Source of the DNA: Nanobdellota archaeon | GTDB taxonomy: Archaea; Nanobdellota; Nanobdellia; Pacearchaeales; GW2011-AR1 | Length of the DNA: 64,000 nt | NCBI GenBank assembly: GCA_038044745.1 | Contig: JBBSZK010000008.1 | Span: 7,162 to 71,161 of the forward strand | Direction: 5' to 3' | In this document: positions 24,876-32,393 of the stretch, piece after piece | How the letters are laid out: the number at the start of each line of letters is the position of its first letter | Numbering within the stretch: position 1 is the stretch's first letter | Made by a program: the position numbers and the translations under genes | The notes under the pieces: model-generated | What the model was told of the DNA's origin: nothing | The model's database searches: none | Seen by the model: only the letters and a program-made list of their open reading frames with translations

Positions 24876-26471
24876 ATGCATTATAAAGTCTGTATCTTGG
24901 CGGGAGGGATAGGCAGTCAAATGGGCGAGCTCACAAGAAGCATTCATTCTTCGATATTACCTATTAACTTCAAGGCAGCCATTTCATACATCATCGAAAA
25001 ATTCCCTAAACAAGTCGAAATCGTACTCGCTCTCGGTCATAAAAAAGAAACGGTCATGGATTATTTGACATTAGCTCACAACGATCGCAGGTTTACGTTC
25101 GTGCAGTCAGAAAAATATGCCGGTCCCGGAACCGGCCCCGGTCACGCGCTTCTCGAATGTAAATCTCACTTGCAATGCCCCTTTATTTTTGTCACATCAG
25201 ACACAATTGTCCTCGAAGATATCCCCGAACCAAACGAAAACTGGTTCGGCATTGCGCCCGTTAAAGAAACAGAGCGATATTGCACGGTAAAAATAAAAAA
25301 CAACCTAATATACCAACTAGACGATAAAATAAAAACTGATAACAAATTCGCATTCATCGGTCTTGCCGGAGTGCGTGACTACGAACACTTCTGGAACGCC
25401 CTCGAAAACAACAAAGAGCCCATTAAGGGTCAAATCCAAGTCTCAAACGGTTTCAAATCGCTTATAGAAAATAAACTCGTGCCCACGGCATTCACATGGT
25501 TCGACACCGGCACGTTAGAAAGTTACAAAGAAACAAATGAGAACTTTTCAGGCGGAGAAAAACGATTTGACTTTAGCAAGGGAAATGAATTTATTTACTT
25601 CGTGAATGGAAAGGTCATAAAATATTTCGCAGATAAAAGAATAACCGAAAATCGATATAAACGCTCAAAGAATCTCAAGGGTCTTTGCCCAGAAATTGAA
25701 GGTATACAAGGGAACTTTTATGCATACAAAAAGCTTGATGGGCAGGTTATGTATAATGTGTTGAACCGTCAACTTGTTAAGGATTTTTTGGTTTGGCTCA
25801 AAACAAGTCTTTGGAAAAAGTCAGAACTCTCGAATGAAGAAGCAGAACGGTTTAAAGCGACGTGTGAACAATTTTATAAAGAAAAAACCTTCGAACGGTT
25901 GAAAAAATTCTATGACAAAACAAACCTCGCGGACGACTGGAACATTATTAATGGCGTACAAGTACCTCCCTTGAACGAACTCCTAAAAAAAATAGATTGG
26001 AATTTCATTACAGACGGAATTCCGACCAATTTCCACGGAGATTTACAGTTTGATAACATTCTTGTTACGAGAAATGCGGCCAATTCTTTACCAAAATTTG
26101 TCATTCTTGACTGGAGACAAGACTTCGGAGGGTCGGTTGACCATGGGGACTTGTATTACGACCTCGCAAAGATGTACGGGGGCGTTAATATTTCATACCA
26201 AATAATAAAGAAAGGGGGATTCACGTTCGATATGAGTGGGCAAAGTGTTTACTACAATTATACGATTGGTAATGACCTTCTTGACGCGAAAGAAGAGTGC
26301 GAAGAATTCATTGTTAAAAACGGCTTCGACCTCAAGAAAGTTAAACTCATCACTGCGCTTGTATTTCTTAACATGGCCCCTCTTCATCAAGCACCGTTTG
26401 ATATGATGCTGTATCACATGGGTAAGTTAAAATTATATACTGCCCTCAAAGACTTAGGAGTTATACAATGA
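24876..26471 (+). CDS. bifunctional nucleotidyltransferase (N-terminal) / APH-choline-kinase-fold kinase (C-terminal)
   Basis: Residues 1-225 are a paralog of the upstream gene (ILAGGIGSQMG). Residues about 230-531 carry FHGDLQFDNILV and ILDWRQDFGG, the Brenner and DxD-like motifs of APH/ChoK-type kinases. Confidence 0.75.
   Translation: MHYKVCILAGGIGSQMGELTRSIHSSILPINFKAAISYIIEKFPKQVEIVLALGHKKETVMDYLTLAHNDRRFTFVQSEKYAGPGTGPGHALLECKSHLQCPFIFVTSDTIVLEDIPEPNENWFGIAPVKETERYCTVKIKNNLIYQLDDKIKTDNKFAFIGLAGVRDYEHFWNALENNKEPIKGQIQVSNGFKSLIENKLVPTAFTWFDTGTLESYKETNENFSGGEKRFDFSKGNEFIYFVNGKVIKYFADKRITENRYKRSKNLKGLCPEIEGIQGNFYAYKKLDGQVMYNVLNRQLVKDFLVWLKTSLWKKSELSNEEAERFKATCEQFYKEKTFERLKKFYDKTNLADDWNIINGVQVPPLNELLKKIDWNFITDGIPTNFHGDLQFDNILVTRNAANSLPKFVILDWRQDFGGSVDHGDLYYDLAKMYGGVNISYQIIKKGGFTFDMSGQSVYYNYTIGNDLLDAKEECEEFIVKNGFDLKKVKLITALVFLNMAPLHQAPFDMMLYHMGKLKLYTALKDLGVIQ
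25350..25415 (+). repeat. 66-nt tract 100% identical to 24646-24711 (copy 2)
   Basis: Same string. Followed, after a short gap, by a further 23-nt identity (24733-24755 = 25437-25459). Confidence 0.9.
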
Positions 26472-27478
26472 TACAAGCACAGTTAGCCATAGGGCCTATG
26501 AGCTCTGAAATCATCGAAGCTATATTCAGATATTCTAACTATATGCGCACACCACTCATGCTTATCGCGTCAAAAAATCAAATTGACCACGCAGGGGGCT
26601 ACGTCAATAACTGGACGACAAAGCACTATATGGAATTTATACGAAGCATGAAATCTCTCTATCCCCAGAGCAATGTTGTTGTCTGCCGAGATCACTGCGG
26701 CCCAGGTTTCAATGGAAATTATGACCTCGAAGATACGTATAAGACGATTCGCTCAGACATTGAAAACGGTTTCGATCTTATACACATAGATTTTTGTCAT
26801 CTTAAGGGGGATCGAGATTTTGTATTGGGTGAAGCAAAAAAAGCAGTCGAATACTGCTTAAGCCTTAACCCGAAAATAATGCTCGAAATAGGCACCGATG
26901 AGAACATGGGGACTAATTATGGAGTTATGAACCTAAAAGAAGTTGCGCATGAAATTGATTTCTTTTCTCAATTTTGCAAGCCAGAGTTCTTTGTCGTGCA
27001 GACCGGCAGTCTGGTAAAGGAAATTCAGCAAGTCGGCAACTTCAATGAGTCCTTTGTAAAACAAATGGGTGCGAAAATAAGAGAAAAGGGTCTAAAGCTC
27101 AAAGAGCACAACGCAGATTATCTTACTAAAGAAGAAATAGCCTCACGTAAAGGTCTCGTAGACGCTATGAACATCGCCCCCCAACTGGGCGTCATTCAAA
27201 CCCAAACTGTGCTCAACAAGTGCTCCATCTACGGAGTTAACACAGAATCATTTGTCGACGAAGTCTATAAGGGTGGGAAGTGGAAGAAATGGTTGCATAC
27301 CAATACCGACGCAAACAAATTCCTCTGTGCGACCATCGCAGGGCACTATCATTTCACGTCAGATAGTTATAAAAAGATACTCTCTGAGCTCAACAAATCA
27401 GAAGACATGAACGAAACAATCATAAACAACATCATGGGCACGATTGGGCACTACCAGGGAGCATTAAATGGCAAGTGA
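26468..27478 (+). CDS. GatZ/KbaZ-family TIM-barrel protein (tagatose-bisphosphate aldolase subunit / sugar-phosphate 4-epimerase family)
   Basis: Recalled GatZ blocks are matched: ASKNQIDHAGGY (TSNQVNQFGGY), RDHCGPG (GDHLGPN), LIHID (KIHLD), IGTDEN (IGTEVP), VVQTGS (VVQPGV), EHNADY (AHSTDY). Confidence 0.6.
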   Translation: MIQAQLAIGPMSSEIIEAIFRYSNYMRTPLMLIASKNQIDHAGGYVNNWTTKHYMEFIRSMKSLYPQSNVVVCRDHCGPGFNGNYDLEDTYKTIRSDIENGFDLIHIDFCHLKGDRDFVLGEAKKAVEYCLSLNPKIMLEIGTDENMGTNYGVMNLKEVAHEIDFFSQFCKPEFFVVQTGSLVKEIQQVGNFNESFVKQMGAKIREKGLKLKEHNADYLTKEEIASRKGLVDAMNIAPQLGVIQTQTVLNKCSIYGVNTESFVDEVYKGGKWKKWLHTNTDANKFLCATIAGHYHFTSDSYKKILSELNKSEDMNETIINNIMGTIGHYQGALNGK

Positions 27479-27884
27479 CCTTCCCTTAAGTAAAGATTTC
27501 TACGGAAATCCTCCGAAAATTGTAGACAAGCCTTGGGGGCGCGAAGAATGGTTACACTTCGACGGGGATTATTGCTACAAAAGGATAATCCTCAATGCAG
27601 GAAATCAAACAAGTTTTCAGTATCACAAAGAGAAAAAAGAAACGAACTATGTTCTTTCAGGGCATGCGGAAGTCTGGCTAGAAAACGATGCAGGCGAAAT
27701 TGAGAAAAGAGTATGTGGTCCAGGGACGTTTATCACGGTCTTACCTCCTAAGAAGCACCGCGTGTGCGCGCTTACCGATTTGGTTATGCTTGAATGCTCA
27801 ACACCCCACGTTGACGATGTCGTGCGAATTCAAGATGATACGGGCAGACCAGACGGTCGAATACAAAGCGAACACAATCACTAA
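27468..27884 (+). CDS. cupin (type II phosphomannose-isomerase-like cupin domain)
   Basis: KPWGREEW...SFQYHKEKKETNYVLSGHAEV...PPKKHR matches the PMI-type cupin motifs. Confidence 0.65.
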   Translation: MASDLPLSKDFYGNPPKIVDKPWGREEWLHFDGDYCYKRIILNAGNQTSFQYHKEKKETNYVLSGHAEVWLENDAGEIEKRVCGPGTFITVLPPKKHRVCALTDLVMLECSTPHVDDVVRIQDDTGRPDGRIQSEHNH

Positions 27885-27888
27885 GAAA

Positions 27889-28554
27889 TTATTTTCTCTC
27901 CGCCTTCCAAGCCGCGCTATAGGCTCGTGCAACATTCACCAATTCCCAAGGTAGATCTGCTTGCGGTGCGCACCACGGATCGGGGTTGCCCGCGGCATCT
28001 TTGTTAACGGGCCAATCAGCAAGTCGCAACAGCTCGGCAACCGCTTCTTTTTGGTCAATCAATCTTCGAGAGTCAAACGTATAGTGCGTACCCGTTCCTT
28101 GCCATCGCGTCTTAAATCCGAGTTGAGGGGCCTTATGCTCGAGCATAGCCATAATGCGTTTCAGAGAGGTAGGATGAATAACCACCGTCATGTCTTCATG
28201 AGGCAAACGTTCCTCGACTATTTTTCCAAGCCCCATCTCACAGCACTCGCCTCCGTTTCTCGGGCGAGACTCAACATACAATTTATCCCCCTGAACCCCC
28301 TCAGCAACCAGGAGTGACGCGAGATAGTGAGATTCAGGAATCTGTAATCTTGTTAACGGGCCAGAATCTTTTCCAATACCCCCTACAATAAGCGCATAGT
28401 CTGCAAGGCCCTCTCCAAGCAGTTGAGCCGTTCTATTGGCTACTAAATGGTCTGCTCTTCCAAATACAAACAACCCATCCGCACGATTTAGGGGACCCGT
28501 TCCCGCACGTACGTAGTTATATATCGCTTCTATCTTGCCTGTATCAATGTTCAT
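27889..28554 (-). CDS. DUF218/YdcF-family protein
   Basis: LFVFGRAD...IVGGIG...PESHYL...ESRPRNGGE...VVIHPTSLKR resembles the YdcF/SanA fold blocks. ATG 28554 lies 21 nt from TATA 28576-28583. Confidence 0.55.
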   Translation of the reverse strand: MNIDTGKIEAIYNYVRAGTGPLNRADGLFVFGRADHLVANRTAQLLGEGLADYALIVGGIGKDSGPLTRLQIPESHYLASLLVAEGVQGDKLYVESRPRNGGECCEMGLGKIVEERLPHEDMTVVIHPTSLKRIMAMLEHKAPQLGFKTRWQGTGTHYTFDSRRLIDQKEAVAELLRLADWPVNKDAAGNPDPWCAPQADLPWELVNVARAYSAAWKAERK

Positions 28555-28575
28555 AAAAAAGCGCGCCAAGTTCGA

Positions 28576-28583
28576 TATTTAAA
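28576..28583 (-). promoter_or_regulatory. TATA box (TTTAAATA on minus), 21 nt before ATG 28554
   Basis: Read directly. Confidence 0.6.
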
Positions 28584-28612
28584 GTTTATGCCGTCAGATT
28601 ATGTCGAAAAAG

Positions 28613-28620
28613 CTTTAAAC
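28613..28620 (+). promoter_or_regulatory. TATA box CTTTAAAC, 20 nt before ATG 28641
   Basis: Read directly. Confidence 0.55.
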
Positions 28621-28640
28621 CGAATCCAACACACAATTCC

Positions 28641-29720
28641 ATGCAGACGCAGATTACTGTTCTTTTTACAGGCCTTATCCGAGAATACGAGGTCTTTAAG
28701 AAATCTCTAGAAGATTTGGCACAACTCAAGAAAGAGGGATTCGTAGACACCATCATGCTCGCAACGCGAATCGGCGAGCCCGCAAAGCACCCCGATATGC
28801 ACGAAGCATTTAAGCAAGCAGGTGTCGTAATCATCGAAGCAGAGGATCCCGCACTAAATGAGAACAGCCCGTACTATCAAGGAAAAGACTTCATCTGGAG
28901 GCAGATGAAGGGACTTGAAGTCGGCCTTACCCACATCGCTAAAGGAACGTTTGTCCTCAAGACACGCTCAGATACCTATATCGAACCGCAATTCATTAAA
29001 AAACTCGCAACTGAAAAGGAGACGCTTCTCAAAATCACAAAAAATCTTCCCAAAGGAAATGTGTTCAAGTGTAAAGTATGGGTTCCTTGGTTCGAGCTCA
29101 CAAAACCCTTTTTTATGGCCGATGAGTGCTTTTTCGGACTTAAGGAAGACTTGGAGAAATTATATAATTATAACAAGGACTATTTTGAAAAATACGATCT
29201 CGGTACGGATGTACATCATGTCATGCGGTTTATCGAGCCGTTCTTAGCAAAATATCCTTTCTTTACATCGTCTATGTCAAGATATCGCAAAGACCGAGCG
29301 ATGAAGAACTTTCTAAAGAGAAATTTCCCCAAAATGTACGAGCAACTTAAGCATTTTTCCTTTATCAAAAAAGCCTCGGAACGTAATAGGTTTGCTATTC
29401 TCAACGCACGATTGGAAGACCAAGACTATCTCGACTTGCTCGCAGCGTATTATTACGTCTTGTACAGCCACTTCTATATAGACCTTGTTTCATTTCCAGA
29501 CCAAATCGTATTCAGGGACTTTTACAAAGGAGTTCTGCCCCGCTCAGACAAAAAGAATGCCGAGAAAAACTTTTCAGTTGAAAAAGTACGCTTCCCCGGA
29601 AGCGGAATGCTCTATTTCTATGAACAGGGGTTTGTGAATGCGCTCCTTGAAGGAAAACTTGAAAAGACGCCCCTGCAAGAGCAACTCACGGAAGGGCTGC
29701 GTCGGTTTGAGAAACTTTAA
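28641..29720 (+). CDS. uncharacterized soluble protein (359 aa), glycan-island specific
   Basis: Long ORF with its own TATA (28613-28620). No motif recognised by eye. Confidence 0.5.
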   Translation: MQTQITVLFTGLIREYEVFKKSLEDLAQLKKEGFVDTIMLATRIGEPAKHPDMHEAFKQAGVVIIEAEDPALNENSPYYQGKDFIWRQMKGLEVGLTHIAKGTFVLKTRSDTYIEPQFIKKLATEKETLLKITKNLPKGNVFKCKVWVPWFELTKPFFMADECFFGLKEDLEKLYNYNKDYFEKYDLGTDVHHVMRFIEPFLAKYPFFTSSMSRYRKDRAMKNFLKRNFPKMYEQLKHFSFIKKASERNRFAILNARLEDQDYLDLLAAYYYVLYSHFYIDLVSFPDQIVFRDFYKGVLPRSDKKNAEKNFSVEKVRFPGSGMLYFYEQGFVNALLEGKLEKTPLQEQLTEGLRRFEKL

Positions 29721-30819
29721 CGCGCATTCTTGAAAGAAGAAACAGCAGAACGCCCAGTTCAAGAATAGCCAACGTCAAAAGAAGATAGATCCCATAAATC
29801 GACTCCGAATTGCGTTTTGTTTCAATTACTGTTTTTTCTCGAGGTGGAGCGACTTCAAGATTTTCTAAATCAGAATATAATTGTCTTGAAAAGAGTTCAG
29901 AGCCGATATAGTTGACATGTTCAGGGTCGCCAAAAAGATAATCTTTTTCAGGGAAGAGAGAGTAATAGTTAAGGAACGTATAGTTGCCAAGCGTTTTATC
30001 TACTTCGGTAAATATTCGCGCATAATAGTCCTCTTTTGTTACGTTTTTCTCCGTAATAATCTGGTCATATTCGAGCGTATGGGGGTAACTGACGAATATG
30101 ACGGGCACGTTATGTTGTTGTGCAAGTTTAATGGTCTTAATAAAATACTCAAACGAAACATTGCTTATTCTTTCTTGGTTTTCATAGAGGCTTTTATAGT
30201 TAAAGAGTGCAGACGCGTTTTTGTCAACAAGAGAAAAGTTTTCTTTATTTTTGAGCCACCCTCCCGCAGAGATTTCGTTAAACTCGGTCTTTTTCAAGAG
30301 AACTCCAAATTCTTTTCCGTTCCCAATAAACGGCATATTGGCTTCGAGCCATAGTCTAATCAAGAAATCATTCCTTACATGTTGAACTTCATAAAGAGAA
30401 ACGAACTGCGAATAGAGCTCAAGTTCGTTAAACAAGTTGGTCTCGTCAGTAAGTCTTGTCGAAAAAGTGTGGGGATCAAGCTCAAGAATAACCGCCCCGA
30501 CGCTTTCGTTATCCTTCTCAAGGACCTTACGGAGTTTGTAAAATGATTTAATATAGTTTTCTGCTCCGCTGGCATAATTATATGCGCCAGGGACATATGC
30601 AGGATTAACCGCATGGAATGCGTGAGAATCTCCCAGTACAAGATATTCGATACGGCCTCCCGAGAGAGCGGTATAATTTTGATATAAACTCTCCTTTCGA
30701 TAAAACGTTTTCTGAGGAAGAATAAAAGTGGTATAAATAAAATTGACAAGAAAAATTACAAGCAATAAAACTGCTATAAACGCAATCACGTTTTGTGCCG
30801 AAAGATTCTTCTTTTTCAT
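29686..30819 (-). CDS. membrane-anchored SGNH/DltD-like acyl-transfer partner of the MBOAT
   Basis: N-terminal TM helix and a block I LVLGDSHAF (GDS). ATG 30819 abuts the MBOAT stop (30821). The upstream part of the track ORF overlaps the MBOAT gene. Confidence 0.55.
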   Translation of the reverse strand: MKKKNLSAQNVIAFIAVLLLVIFLVNFIYTTFILPQKTFYRKESLYQNYTALSGGRIEYLVLGDSHAFHAVNPAYVPGAYNYASGAENYIKSFYKLRKVLEKDNESVGAVILELDPHTFSTRLTDETNLFNELELYSQFVSLYEVQHVRNDFLIRLWLEANMPFIGNGKEFGVLLKKTEFNEISAGGWLKNKENFSLVDKNASALFNYKSLYENQERISNVSFEYFIKTIKLAQQHNVPVIFVSYPHTLEYDQIITEKNVTKEDYYARIFTEVDKTLGNYTFLNYYSLFPEKDYLFGDPEHVNYIGSELFSRQLYSDLENLEVAPPREKTVIETKRNSESIYGIYLLLTLAILELGVLLFLLSRMRVKVSQTDAALP

Positions 30820-30820
30820 G

Positions 30821-32296
30821 TTAAAACTGGAAGTAAATAAATTGTCTCCTTTCAAATACTCCGAACAAGAGGATGATGAGTATGAGCCCAATATAGAGTG
30901 TGGCACGAATCCACCTCGGAAGTTTCAAAATGAATTCTTTCTTGCCCTCTCGTTCTTGCACAAGTTGTACAATTTCCATAAGAGCTATTGCCCCGAGCGC
31001 GATTATAATCTCCCAAATGCTCATTCCAAGATTTGCTCCTGTAAACCCTACGGCGAGCCCGCTGAAAAGATGACGTACGACATAGAACGCATCGGAAACA
31101 TTGGTCGCTCGGAAGAAAATCCACGCAAAGCTGGCAAGCACAGTCGTAATAGTTATTTGTACCGTTGCATTGAGCCAAGCGATGCGATTCAACCCAATTC
31201 TCTCCTTAAGGGTAGTGCGGAATCTTGCCGTCATAAGTCCTATAACAAGATAAGCACCATGCAAACCTCCCCATATAACAAACGTCCACGAGGCCCCATG
31301 CCATAGTCCGCTCACAAGGAATACGACAAACAGGTTAAGATACCATCGAGGCACCGCAACTCGATTACCTCCAAGAGGAATATACACATAATCTCTGAAC
31401 CACGATGAAAGCGAGATGTGCCATCGCTTCCAAAATTCAGCAATTGATCTCGCGTAGTAGGGACGTCTAAAGTTTTCCATGAGTTTGAAGCCCATAATTC
31501 GAGCCGAGCCTATGGCAATATCAGTATATCCCGAAAAGTCGCAATAAATTTGAACGGCAAAAAAGAGCGTTGCCAAAATAAGAGGCGCCCCCTGGTAGGC
31601 CGAAGGGGACGCGTAAACTGTGTCCACCAAAACAGCAACACGGTCTGCAATTACGACCTTTTTAAAAAATCCCCAGAGCATAAGCCTAAGTCCGCTCCAG
31701 GTACGTTCAGCGTCAAACGAATGTTTTTCTCTAAACTGATGTAGGAGATTCTGTGGTCTTTCAATGGGCCCCGCAACGAGCTGAGGGAAGAAAAGAACGT
31801 AAAGTGAAAAAATCCCAAAGTGTCGTTCTGCAGCTTGGTTTTTTCGATATACCTCTATGGTATAACTCATTGCCTGAAACGTGTGAAATGAAAGTCCAAT
31901 GGGCAATAAAATGGAAAGGTAGGGGATGTTCGTTTCAATACCGAGCGGCTGCATCAAAAAAGAAAGATTTTCATTGAGAAAATTGTAATATTTGAATACA
32001 GCAAGTACTCCCACATTCGAAAGAATACTTGCAACGAGAAACATCTTCCTTCTTCGGCCGGAGCTCTTTTCAATAAGAATTCCTGCTATATAATCGACAC
32101 AAATAGTAAAACCGAGTATGAGGATGTAAATCGGGACAAAGGACATGTAGAAATAGGCACTCGCAATAAGAAGAAGGAACCAACGATATTTGTGAGGGAT
32201 TGAGAAATAGAGGGCAAGCACTAGAATAAAGAAGACTACGAACTGAATCGAGTTGAATATAAGGTACCCTGAAAAAAGGGATTCCCATCCTACCAT
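30821..32296 (-). CDS. MBOAT-family O-acyltransferase (AlgI/DltB-like)
   Basis: 491 aa, polytopic. FWKRWHISLSSWFRDYVYIPLGGNR and GLWHGASW, including the conserved catalytic His region. Confidence 0.85.
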   Translation of the reverse strand: MVGWESLFSGYLIFNSIQFVVFFILVLALYFSIPHKYRWFLLLIASAYFYMSFVPIYILILGFTICVDYIAGILIEKSSGRRRKMFLVASILSNVGVLAVFKYYNFLNENLSFLMQPLGIETNIPYLSILLPIGLSFHTFQAMSYTIEVYRKNQAAERHFGIFSLYVLFFPQLVAGPIERPQNLLHQFREKHSFDAERTWSGLRLMLWGFFKKVVIADRVAVLVDTVYASPSAYQGAPLILATLFFAVQIYCDFSGYTDIAIGSARIMGFKLMENFRRPYYARSIAEFWKRWHISLSSWFRDYVYIPLGGNRVAVPRWYLNLFVVFLVSGLWHGASWTFVIWGGLHGAYLVIGLMTARFRTTLKERIGLNRIAWLNATVQITITTVLASFAWIFFRATNVSDAFYVVRHLFSGLAVGFTGANLGMSIWEIIIALGAIALMEIVQLVQEREGKKEFILKLPRWIRATLYIGLILIILLFGVFERRQFIYFQF

Positions 32297-32319
32297 GAAT
32301 TCTAAGGGCAGTTAATCCC

Positions 32320-32327
32320 TTTTTAAT
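32320..32327 (-). promoter_or_regulatory. TATA-like box (ATTAAAAA on minus), 23 nt before the MBOAT ATG 32296
   Basis: Read directly. Confidence 0.45.
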
Positions 32328-32362
32328 ACTTGCGAGTCAATCAGTTTACATCTTAAACAAGA

Positions 32363-32370
32363 TTTATATA
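32363..32370 (+). promoter_or_regulatory. TATA box TTTATATA, 23 nt before the aglB ATG 32394
   Basis: Read directly. Confidence 0.6.
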
Positions 32371-32393
32371 AGCACAGGTTTCCTTAGCACAAG

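Noticed and set aside
30743-31306. 187-aa plus-strand ORF, and similar long antisense ORFs (for example 5178-5609, 21323-21775, 29917-30354, 48040-48456, 56603-57076)
   Set aside because: All lie antisense to or out of frame with strongly supported genes (MBOAT, secD, kbl, SGNH, aglH, uL5/eS4). Their compositions are biased (Arg/Ser/Cys/Pro-rich) and no family resemblance was seen.
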